From an uncultured Planctomycetia bacterium (GTDB lineage Bacteria; Planctomycetota; Planctomycetia; Pirellulales; PALSA-1355), in assembly GCA_963699445.1 (NCBI GenBank), contig CAVOTX010000004.1:81219-145218 (forward strand): DNA of 64,000 bases. The letters run 5' to 3'. A model generated the notes under the pieces. The model searched no databases, was not told the origin of the DNA, and saw only the letters and a program-made list of their open reading frames with translations. Below, piece by piece: positions 1 to 10,505 of the stretch. Position numbers and translations under genes: made by a program. Position 1 is the first letter of the stretch. Each line of letters opens with the position of its first letter.

Positions 1-1719
1 CCCAGCGGCCGCGCGCTGGTTGGCATCCCAGAGGGCCAGGGCCTCCTGAAAGCCGAACATTGCCCGGGCATACGTTTGATAGTCGCCGCTGGTCTCGGCC
101 CGCCGCAGGTCCTCTTCGGCGCGGACGGCGAGCACGATGCTTTCCGAGTGCGATTGGTATTGGCGAATTGCGGTCTGAAAGTCGCGCACGCTTTGGTAGC
201 GATCGGCCGGGCTGGTGGCCATGGCCGCCTGCGCGATCGACATCAACTCGCCCGACTGCTGGACCGGAACGATCTCGTTCTGCGCCGCGGCCAACAGACA
301 CTTCATCACGCTCTTGCCGGTGTGCGGTTGCCGCCCCGTGATGATCTCGAACAGCACAGCCCCCAGCAAGTAAATGTCGCTGGCCGGACCGATGCGCTCG
401 AGCGGACCGGAGGCCATTTCGGGGGCCATGTAGGCGGGCGTGCCCCCCATGCTGCTCGTTTGCGAGATGCTGCCGGCCTTGCGGAACGACGCGGTCGAAA
501 GCGCCAACCCCCAGTCCATCACCAGCACTTCGCCAAATTCGCCCAGCATCGTGTTTTCGGGTTTGATATCCCGATGCATCACGCCACGGGCATGGGCAAA
601 GCCGATGGCGTCGGCCACTTTCATCAGGATTTCCAGGTTTTCGGCCAGCGACTTGTCCGCCAGCACTTTGCTCCAGGGAGTGCCTTCAACCCGCTTCATC
701 GAATAGAACAGGGCCCCGGCTTCGTTCGCACCCAGATCGTAGATCGGCACGATGTTCGGGTGGTCGAGGTCGCCGGTGACGACCGCTTCGGAAAGGAATT
801 TTTCCCGCTGGTCGGCGTTGCGGGCAATGTCCGCCTTGAGCATCTTGACTGCAACCGTGCGGTCGATCGAGGCCTGCCGCGCCGCATAGACGACGCCCAT
901 TCCACCTTCGCCGATGGTCTCCAGCAGCTCGTAATCGCTGTCGCGGGACGGGACCCCGCGCGTGAGCGCAAGGCGCGCTTCTTAATGACCAGCCGCGAAT
1001 CCTTGTGCGTCTTCGGACCGGCCGACTTGAGCGACGTGCCGGGGTTGGCCTGAGGCGAAACCTGGCTCGACCACATGCGGGTCAATCGATCCATTTCGGC
1101 GTGCGTTAGCGCGCCCGGTTCGACCGCTTGCCCCACTCCCTCGTCCGGCAGCGGAGTCGAATCGATCGTCCGCTCAACACCGTCATCCGGCAGCGACTTG
1201 GAATCGATCGTGCGGTCGAGCAGCGCCGGCCGTGCGACCGGCCCCGCCTGGCGGCAGCGATGTCGAATCGATCGTGCGGTCGAGAGCGCCGGCGGTTCGG
1301 CCAACCCCGCCCGGCGGCAGCGACGTCGAATCGATCGTGCGATCGAGAGCGCCGGCCGTGCGACCAACCCCGCCCGGCGGCAGCGATGTCGAATCGATCG
1401 TGCGGTCGAGTCCGCTGACCGTGCGGTCCGTCTTACCAGGCGCTGGCCGAGTCGGACCTGCGGATTGCGGGGCCGGTTCGGATGAAATGAAACCCGATTC
1501 GATGGTGGCATCGAGCTGCCGGCAGTCCGGCGCGGTTTTGCCGGTCCCGCTCGCTTTGGTTCCGGCCGCATTTTTGTCGCTGGCAGGTTCGCCTGCCGAG
1601 CCGCGGCTCGGATCTTTCGGCGGCGACTCGGTGACGAAGACGCTGCCACAGATCGAACAGCTCCCCGACGGAGTTGCGACGGATTCGAGCGGCGATTTAC
1701 AAACGGGGCAAGTCAGCAT
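1..1719 (-). CDS. Hanks-type Ser/Thr protein kinase with N-terminal zinc ribbon and 21-aa tandem repeats; the C-terminus runs off the window start
   Basis: Minus-strand translation starts MLTCPVCKSP...CSICG at 1719, followed by LDRTIDSTSLPPGG repeats. Kinase motifs IGEGGMGVVY, VAVKM, HRDIKPEN, DWGLA and GTPAYMAPE lie between ~930 and ~400. The frame changes at least twice (~1230 and ~960). Confidence 0.9.
1147..1420. repeat. About 5 tandem copies of a ~63-nt unit (first copy shorter) inside the kinase gene
   Basis: The unit cggcagcgaYgtcgaatcgatcgtgcgRtcgag... recurs head to tail. On the minus strand it encodes LDRTIDS(T/K)SLP(P/D)GG(V/A)G. Confidence 0.85.
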
Positions 1720-2194
1720 GTCGATTTTTCAACGCTGGGCAGCCGCGGCGGCCGCCGAGCATCGTTGCATGGGGTGTCTGGCTCGAACAAGCGTAGCAAC
1801 CTTCAGCCGCACGCGATTCAAGCGGCCGACCGCCCGTCGGCCTGATTCTCGGATAACATGGCCTCAATGATTGGCTCAGCTTGACGCTCCGGCATCGAAG
1901 TTTCTGCGATCGCGGCGCATCAATCGCGCCGCTTTCGAAAGTCGCCCGCCCCCCGGACTCCGCACGGCCGCCGGTGCGCCCTGGGAGCGAACCTGGCCCG
2001 ACTGCCGGTGCCGGCCCAAGCCAGCGCGGCGATCGCAACATGACCGTTGACGGCTCGATAAGGCGCTTCGTCGCTCGGACGTTCGTACCGCGCTGAATCG
2101 GGAAGCGCGTCTGCCGCCCTGGAGTCGGGCACTGACTGCTCTTCGAGCGGCAAACCGGCCGCCGCCCGATTGCGGGCCGGCGGCAGGCTGAAGT

Positions 2195-5100
2195 TCATCG
2201 GCGGTTGCCGCGCCGGCAGGTCGACCAAGATCGCCGGCGTGTCCGTGCTGCTCGGCGGCGGTTCGACCCCGCGCTGGGGGGCCGATCCTGTGTGCCTTCG
2301 GAATCGTCGCCAGCGTCGACAGGCCGCCCCTGGCGGACGTTGACGTCGATGATCATTCGCTCGCGGTGCGTGTCTCCCTGAACGTAATAGACCCGGTAAT
2401 GGCCGTCCGGCAAACGCTTGAGATAGCCGGGCAAGTTGTCGAGCACGTTTGGCGGCAGCAGGATATCTTCACTTTCCTTGCCCGTCGGGAACACCGTTCG
2501 CATCACGATCTGGTCGTCCGTGATGCCGACGGTCTCCGCCCGGACGGGCGTCAAGTCCGTCACGGCAGCTACGGGCTGCTCCGGAGCAATGAGGAAACTG
2601 GTACCCTCGTTCAGCACGGTTTGCGGCGCCGGTATTGGCGGCGGCGTGGGTTCTGGCAGGAAGGTCACGATGGCCACTCCAGTGCCAGGCACCTGGACCA
2701 GAAAATGCTCCGTCACCGACGAGCCCACCAGTTCGCTGACCGTGACGCTGACCGGAATCGGCGCCGCTGGATCCAGCGGATTGGGCGGTCCAAAATAAAG
2801 ATGCGATAAGGCCAGGCTATCGATGTTGGCGCCGGGCACGGCAAGCACGGTGGTCGTATTGTCGCCCCAAGCCACGGTGACCGTCAGGGGATTCGTCCCC
2901 GGGTCGAACGTCTGGCCGGTGCTCATCGTCATCGACACGACATTCAGCTCGGAAAACTGCGCAAGGCTCAACGTTGGCGTCACGTCCAACACCGTGACTT
3001 GAAACGTCTGCTGCATCGAACCGTGCTGAGGATCGATGATCGTGATCGTGGCCTGATACGTGCCCGTCACGCCATATAAGTGTGTCAATTGAAACGAGCC
3101 CTGCGTAAGCACGCCGACCGAGCCCATCTGCGTCACCGGGGCGGAGCCGTTTTGCACGGCCGACCCGTCGCCCCAGTTGATGCTGTAGGTGAAACTGGGC
3201 GTGTACCCCAATGCCGGCACCGCAAACGTCGGATCGCTGAAACCAATTGTGCTGGTCGTGAACACCGAGCCCTCGTTCAAGGGACCGGCGGCGATGGTGG
3301 TCGTGAATGTCGGCGGCACATCGTTAACCACCAACGTAAAGCTTTCCGTGTCGGAAAGCCCGCCGTTGTCGATCACGGTGATCGTTACCGTGTACGTGCC
3401 TGGCTCGCCGAACGTGTGACTGCCGGCCAACGTCCCGGTCAAGCCGCTCGTCGAACCCGGCGGCCCGAATGGCGACTCGCTGACGACGAGCGATTGCGAC
3501 GAGCCATCGCCCCAATTGATGGTCGCGGTGTGCGTGTCGAGCGTGCCCGGATCGGTAAACGTGACGACTGGCAGTGTGAATAAGCTTCCCTCGTCTACCG
3601 ACTGCGCGGCAACCGGCTGCAGCGTCGGCGCCACGTTGCCGACCACGATCTGGAACGTCTGCGTGCTCGACAGACCGCCATTGTCGGTCACGGTGACCGT
3701 GACCGTGTACGTGCCGAACGTGGCGTAAACGTGCGTGTCCGAGATGCTGCCCGTCTGGCCGCTGGTCGAGCCGGGCGGGCCGAATGGCGACTCGGTGACT
3801 GTCGCGACGTCGGTGGTCGAGCCGTCGCCCCAGTTGACCGTCGCGGTATGCGTGTCGAGCGTGCCCGGATCGCTGAAAGTGACCGTGCCCAGCCCGACCG
3901 TCGAGCCTTCGTTGGTCGTCTCGTTGGCGATCGGGTTGAGCGTAGGCGCCACGTTGCCGACCACGATCTGGAACGTCTGCGTGCTCGAAAGCCCGCCGTT
4001 GTCGGTGACCGTGACCGTGACCGTGTACGTGCCGAACGTGGCGTACACGTGCGTGTCCGAGATGCTGCCCGTCTGGCCGCTGGTCGAGCCGGGCGGGCCG
4101 AATGGCGACTCGGTGACTGTCGCGACGTCGGTGGTCGAGCCGTCGCCCCAGTTGACCGTCGCGGTATGCGTGTCGAGCGTGCCCGGATCGCTGAAAGTGA
4201 CCGTGCCCAGCCCGACCGTCGAGCCTTCGTTGGTCGTCTCGTTGGCGATCGGGTTGAGCGTGGGCGCACGTTGCCGACCACGATCTGGAACGTCTGCGTG
4301 CTCGACAGACCGCCATTGTCGGTCACGGTGACCGTGACTGTGTACGTGCCGAAGGTGGCGTAAACGTGCGTGTCCGAGATGCTGCCCGTCTGGCCGCTGG
4401 TCGAGCCGGGCGGGCCGAACGGCGACTCGGTGACCGTTGCGACGTCGGTGGTCGAGCCATCGCCCCAATTGACCGTCGCCGTGTGCGTGTCGAGCGTGCC
4501 CGGATCGCTGAACGTGACCGTGCCCAGCCCAACCGTCGAGCCTTCGATGGTCGACTCGTTGGCGATCGGGTTGAGCGTGGGCGCCACATTGCCGACCACG
4601 ATCTGGAACGTTTGCGTGCTCGACAGACCGCCATTGTCGGTCACGGTGACCGTGACCGTGTACGTGCCGAACGTGGCGTAAACGTGCGTGTCCGAAATCG
4701 AGCCGGTCTGGCCGCTGGTCGAGCCGGGCGGACCGAATGGCGATTCGGTGACTGTCGCGACGTCGGTGGTCGAGCCATCGCCCCAGTTGACGGTCGCGGT
4801 GTGCGTGTCGAGCGTGCCCGGATCGCTGAACGTGACCGTGCCCAGCCCGACCGTCGAGCCTTCGTTGGTCGTCTCGTTGGCGATCGGGTTGAGCGTAGGC
4901 GCCACGTTCCCCACCACGATCTGGAAGGTCTGCGTGCTCGACAGACCGCCGTTGTCGGTGACCGTGACCGTAACCGTGTACGTGCCGAACGTAGCGTACA
5001 CGTGACTGTCCGAGATGCTGCCCGTCTGGCCGCTGGTCGAGCCGGGCGGGCCGAACGGCGACTCGGTGACCGTTGCGACGTCGGTGGTCGAGCCATCGCC

Positions 5101-8100
5101 CCAATTGACGGTCGCCGTGTGCGTGTCGAGCGTGCCCGGATCGCTGAACGTGACCGTGCCCAGCCCAACCGTCGAGCCTTCGATGGTCGACTCGTTGGCG
5201 ATCGGGTTGAGCGTGGGCGCCACGTTGCCGACCACGATCTGGAACGTCTGCGTGCTCGAAAGGCCGCCGTTGTCGGTCACGGTGACCGTGACCGTGTACG
5301 TGCCGAACGTGGCGTACACGTGCGTGTCCGAGATGCTGCCCGTCTGGCCGCTGGTCGAGCCGGGCGGGCCGAACGGCGACTCGGTGACCGTTGCGACGTC
5401 GGTGGTCGAGCCATCGCCCCAGTTGACCGTCGCCGTGTGCGTGTCGAGCGTGCCCGGATCGCTGAACGTGACCGTGCCCAGCCCAACCGTCGAGCCTTCG
5501 TTGGTCGTCTCGTTGGCGATCGGGTTGAGCGTGGGCGCCACGTTGCCCACCACGATCTGGAAGGTCTGCGTGCTCGACAAGCCGCCGTTGTCGGTGACCG
5601 TGACTGTGACCGTGTACGTGCCGAACGTGGCGTAGACGTGCGTGTCCGAGATGCTGCCCGTCTGGCCGCTGGTCGAGCCGGGCGGGCCGAACGGCGACTC
5701 GGTGACCGTTGCGACGTCGGTGGTCGAGCCATCGCCCCAATTGACCGTCGCCGTGTGCGTGTCGAGCGTGCCCGGATCGCTGAACGTGACCGTGCCCAGC
5801 CCAACCGTCGAGCCTTCGTTGGTCGTCTCGTTGGCGATCGGGTTGAGCGTGGGCGCCACATTGCCGACCACGATCTGGAAGGTCTGCGTGCTCGACAGAC
5901 CGCCATTAATGTCCGTAACCGTCACACTGGCGCTGTAAGTTCCGGCAGTGGCGAATACGTGGGTATCGCTGATCGCATACGTGCCCGGCGTGGCAGTGGC
6001 CGTGACCACACCTAATGAGGTCGTGCCATCGCCCCAATCGATCTGGGCCGTGTACGAGCCATTGGGGTCTGCATCGGAGAACGTTGCACCGGTCAGCGTC
6101 AACGTCGAGCCTTCATTAACGGTCTGCGTGGGGACCGGCGGAATCACGGGGGCCGGGCTAATGACGTCGACGGTAAAGGTCTCCGACGCGCTGTGCCCCA
6201 AACCATCGTTGACCGTGACCGTGGCCGTATAGAGGCCCGGGACCAGATAAGCGTGGCTGCCGCTGAAATCGCCCAGTGTCGGAGTATTAATCCCGCCTGG
6301 CTGCGTGATGTTGGCAGGGCCGGTCGACGACGTGGAACCGTCGCCCCAGTTGATCGTGTAGGTGAAATTCGGCGTGTAGCCTTGCACAGGGCCAGCGAAC
6401 AATGCCTCGCTAAAGCCCACGTTGGTCAAGCTCAACGTGCTGCCCACGTCGAGCGTCACGTCATTCAAGGGGGTCAGGACGGGAGCCACATTGCCGACGA
6501 TCACGATGAAGTTCTGCGTGCCGACACCGCCGTTGCTGTCGGTAACGGTCACGGTGCCGTCGTAGATCCCGGCCGTGGTGTAGACGTGGTTACCGGTCAC
6601 GCTGCCGGTGGTGCCGGTCGGAGTGACGGTGGTGCTCACGGCGCCGATCGAAAGCGGCGATCCGTCTCCCCAATTGATCGTGGATGTGAACGTTTCTTTG
6701 GTGCCCGGGTCGGTAAACGTGACCCCGCCGAGCGTGAAGGTCGCCCCCACGCCGGCGGTTTCATTAGCGATGGGATTGATCGTCGGCGGCACGTTGAGCA
6801 CTTGGACGCTAAAGTTGCCGGTGCCGACAACGTTCTGATCATTGATCACCGCGACGGACACGGGATAATTGCCGACCACGGTATAGTCGTGGCTGCCGGT
6901 GATCGTGCCGCTCGAACCGTCCACGACATACTCGGTCAACGGACCTTCGCCCCATTTGATCACGATCGTATGCGGACCCGAGTTGCCCGGATCGCTGTAC
7001 GTGACGTTGACCAGCGTCACGGTCGTCCCTTCGTTGATCGTCTGGTTGCCGCCAACGGTAACGACCGGACCGGTGCCGATGACGTCGGCGGTAAAGTTTT
7101 CCGACGTGCTGTGCCCCAAACCATCGTTGACCGTGACCGTGGCGGTATAGAGGCCCGGAACCGAATAGACATGGCTGCCGCTGAAATCGCCCAGTGTCTG
7201 GGTATTAATCCCGCCCGACTGTGTGATGTTGGCGCCCCCGGTCGACGACGTGGAACCGTCGCCCCAGTTGATCGTGTAGGTGAAATTCGGCGTGTAGCCC
7301 TGCACGGGCCCGGCGAACAATGCCTCGCTAAAGCCCACGTTGGTCAAGCTCAGCGTATTTCCGACGTCGAGCGTCACGTCGTTCAAGGGGGTCAGGACGG
7401 GAGCCACATTGCCGACGATCACGATGAAGTTCTGCGTGCCGACACCGCCGTTGCTGTCGGTAACGGTCACGGTGCCGTCGTAGATCCCGGCCGTGGTGTA
7501 GACGTGGTTACCGGTCACGCTGCCGGTGGTGCCGGTCGGAGTGACGGTGGTGCTCACGGCGCCGATCGAAAGCGGCGATCCGTCTCCCCAATTGATCGTG
7601 GATGTGAACGTTTCTTTGGTGCCCGGGTCGGTAAACGTGACCCCGCCGAGCGTAAAGGGGGCTCCCACGCCGGCGGTTTCATTGGCGATGGGGTTGATCG
7701 TCGGCGGCACGTTGAGCACTTGGACGCTAAAGTTGCCGGTGCCGACAACGTTCTGATCATTGATCACCGCGACGGAGACGGGAAAATTGCCGACCACGGT
7801 ATAGTCGTGGCTGCCGGTGATGGTGCCGCTCGAACCGTCCACGACATACTCGGTCAACGGACCTTCGCCCCATTTGATCACGATCGTATGCGGACCCGAG
7901 TTGCCCGGATCGCTGTACGTGACGTTGACCAGCGTCACGGTCGTCCCTTCGTTGATCGTCTGGTTGCCGCCAACGGTAACGACCGGACCGGTGCCGAGCA
8001 GCGCGTCGACAACGGTCGGTTGATTGTCGGCCGCGATGTTGCTATTGGACAGCGGAGTGGTTGACGTCGCGCCCGTCGAACCGGTTACGAAAGTGGCGGC

Positions 8101-8694
8101 CGCGGTGCCGGTCGACTGCAAATTGGGCAGAGCCGATTGCGTCTGATGGTTCGTCTTCGCGGCCGGGCCAGCTCCGGCGAAGTCGAATCGCTCGCTGCCC
8201 CGTAGCGCCGGGGACACAAATTCGCTATGAGCGAACTGCGAGTCACGGAAAGAGTGCGGGAACCCCTCATGGCCGGCAAATGTTCGACCGCAACCGTTCG
8301 AACCTTCGACCCACCAGGCCAATGGCGCAAGCGTGGGCCCAGCACCTTGCGTCGGGCCGCCGCCTGCGCGACTTGCCAGCCCGGCAGGTGGCAGCGCCGA
8401 TGCACAATTTGAAGCCGCGGCGGCATGGTTGCCCTGCGTCGCCGAGCCGGAATTCCCGCTGCCGGTCTGATGCGTGCCAGACACGGCCGGCGATCCGGCA
8501 ACGCCGCCGTGCCCCGAATTGGCGAACCAGGGGGCCGAGAAGTGCGGCGCCGTGTCGAGATTCAGCAGGGTGCCGGGCGGTGTCGACGTACCGGGCGCAT
8601 TGGAACTCGAGCCCTGACCGGAGTGAGCAGCCGCGGGGGCTGCGTTCAGCACACGCCGTTCTTCGAGCTGACAGACTTCGAGATGGAGGAGCAA
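2195..8694 (-). CDS. Giant secreted PKD-domain repeat protein (~2170 aa, about 17 PKD-like domains), adhesin-like
   Basis: ORFs 3688..8694 and 2195..5740 join by a single missing C near 4267 (tgggcgcacg here, tgggcgccacg in the sister repeats). The NWGDGS / GxYTVTVTVTD PKD signature recurs. The N-terminus reads LHLEVCQLEERRVLNA. The true start may be ATG ~8806 and the true end ~1920 if further frame slips are allowed. Confidence 0.85.
3628..5905. repeat. Seven near-identical tandem 318-nt repeats, one PKD domain each
   Basis: Antisense ORF starts recur at 3735, 4370, 4688 and 5642, consistent with a ~318-nt period. The protein unit VAPTLNPIANE(TTN/STI)EGSTVGLGTVTFSDPGTLDTHTATVNWGDGSTTDVATVTESPFGPPGSTSGQTGSISDTHVYATFGTYTVTVTVTDNGGLSSTQTFQIVVGN occurs 7 times. 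Confidence 0.9.
6163..7998. repeat. Two tandem copies of a 918-nt block, three PKD domains each
   Basis: Antisense ORFs at 6608..6838 and 7526..7756, and at 6636..6842 and 7554..7760, are 918 nt apart and nearly identical. The 306-aa protein blocks differ at about 12 positions. Confidence 0.9.
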
Positions 8695-9414
8695 ATCCTC
8701 ACGCAGCCTACGGGCGGGCGAGTCGCGGCGACGAACTGTTCCAAAGCGCCGCGATCCTCCGGCTGCGGAGCTTCTGAATCAGGGTCGCCAACAACATCGC
8801 AGTCGTTCTCCCTGCGGCGGGCTGCGGACTTGCCGTGGTCGTCGCAACCGGCACATTTTTCTTACTCGCCGGCGCCGAACCGGCTTGGGTTCCGGCGGCA
8901 TGGCCCGACGCACTCGCCCCCAGGACGGTCGCGCCGGCGGCGGGCGTTTCGCCCCCTTTAAGCCGCTATGATTCAAGGGCTTAACCGGTCCAACGATTAT
9001 CACCAGCCGAGGTGGTGAGTGTCAAACGTTCCGGTCGTAAGCGGTGTGGCTTGCCAGCATTGCGCCTCGAAATGCCGGCTCGCCTCGGCGGCTGCCAATC
9101 GCCGAGATTGGGGCCGGCGCTCCCCTTCAGGCCTGTGGCCACCGACTGCGGCGAAACGGGCGATCGCGCCAGCGACGAGCCGGCAAACCGCGTTGAGTTT
9201 TCCGTCCCGGCGCGCCCTGGCCGGCCGGGCAGTTGCCCGAAATTTGGCCGCTTTGTAACGATTATGCCGAGCAGCCCGATTGATCCGGTCATAGCGATTC
9301 GAGCGCATGTCGTGCGTGTACTGAATGTTCCTGGCGTGCCGGGCCGAAGACAGGAGCAACGCATCCCGCTGCCTGGCGGCCACCCTCCCAACCGCGGAAC
9401 AGGAAGGCAATACG

Positions 9415-10375
9415 ATGTCAGTCGCGGTCACGAGCAATCGTCCCCAGACTGCCGGCCGCCGGGCCTGGCATTACTGCTTGCTGGCCACCGCGCTCGGCGG
9501 CTTTGCGGCGGCCAGTGGCCGAGCAATGGCCGATCCGGGCGCACGGCGCAGGCATTGCAATCCGGGCCGATTCACACGTCAGTCCCCGTCGACACTCCGA
9601 GCGCCCGACCGCGGCTTATGCCCTCTGAGTTGACCCCGGCGGCAACGCTCTCGCGCTTGCCGGCGGCAGAGCCCGTGCCGACCGAGTTGCCGGCGACGCA
9701 GTCGTCGGCCGGCGTGATACCGACGAGCCTGCTGCAGCCGCTCCAGCGGCGCGAACTGTGGGCTCCGGACTTCGTGACGACCCAACCGGCGGCCGACAGA
9801 ATCGGCGCAGCGATGCACACGGTCCAATTGCCTGGGCGGCGTGTTCTGCCGGTGCCTGAAGAGGTAACGGGCCGTCCGAATGGTGGTAACGGCGGTGCGA
9901 TCCCGTTCGACGACGACATCAAGCCGCTCGTCGCCACTCGAACCAACTTGCAACCGCCGCCGGGCGAAATGCCGATGGACTACGCCGAGCGCAGTTCGAA
10001 GCCGAGTTGCCCATTGTCGGCGGCGGCCCGGACGATCGGCGGCCGACGGACGTGGTCTACTTTTACGAAGCGTCGGCGCTCTGTTTTCAGCCGATCTACA
10101 TCGAGGACGTGAACCTCGAGCGGTACGGCTATTCGCACGGCGTGCTGCAGCCGTTCGTATCGGCGGTGCACTTCTTCGGCACGATTCCGCTGTTGCCCTA
10201 TAAGATGGGCATGCACCCGGAGCGCGAATGCGTGTACGCGCTCGGGTACTACCGCCCGGGCAGTCCGACGCCGTATCAAACCAGCCGCCTCGGCTGGAGC
10301 TTGCGCGGGGCGATCTACGAAGCGGGCGCGATCGGCGCGTTCATCGCTTGGATTCCGTCGGGCAAGTTCTATTGA
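9415..10375 (+). CDS. Conserved secreted hypothetical protein with a C-terminal IYIEDVNLERYGYS motif
   Basis: ATG at 9415 follows GGAAGG. The N-terminus MSVAVTSNRPQTAGRRAWHYCLLATALGGFAAASGRAMA looks like a signal peptide. Coding continues through the frames of ORFs 9012..10112 and 10007..10375, so at least 2 frame breaks. The C-terminal 122 aa have normal protein composition. Confidence 0.6.
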
Positions 10376-10450
10376 TCCGGCAACCGCCTCGACAAAGGCT
10401 GTTCGCTTCGCACGAAGAACAACTTCGACTTCTGGCAGACCCTCACCCTA

Positions 10451-10472
10451 CCCTCTCCCTGAAGGGAGAGGG
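10451..10472. terminator. GC-rich hairpin CCCTCTCCCT-ga-AGGGAGAGGG between convergent genes
   Basis: Perfect 10-nt inverted repeat at 10451-10460 / 10463-10472, with a T-run at ~10490. It lies between the stop at 10375 (+) and the stop at 10506 (-). Confidence 0.45.
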
Positions 10473-10505
10473 GTTGAGCGCCGGGGTTATTTTTCGTTCG
10501 CACCC

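Noticed and set aside
76-1053. 325-aa plus-strand ORF at the window start
   Set aside because: It lies antisense to unmistakable kinase motifs on the minus strand, and its composition is not protein-like.
1147-1420. Regular ~63-nt repeats that could be mistaken for a CRISPR array
   Set aside because: The units are contiguous with no unique spacers. They are in frame with the kinase gene and encode a repeated 21-aa peptide.
3628-5905. 318-nt tandem array considered as a satellite or noncoding repeat
   Set aside because: Each unit translates to a complete PKD-like domain in the frame of the giant gene, so it is a coding repeat.
4366-8064. Very long plus-strand ORFs (4366..6015 at 549 aa, 6193..8064 at 623 aa, and others) opposite the giant gene
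   Set aside because: Their products are Arg/Asp/Gly/Ala-rich low-complexity strings that mirror the repeats. These are antisense shadow ORFs, as expected in GC-rich DNA.
8779-9437. Minus-strand ORFs 8779..9003, 8981..9391 and 9000..9437 upstream of the giant gene
   Set aside because: They are mutually overlapping and Arg-rich, with no recognisable motifs. Only the short stretch from ATG ~8806 might belong to the giant gene through a frame slip.
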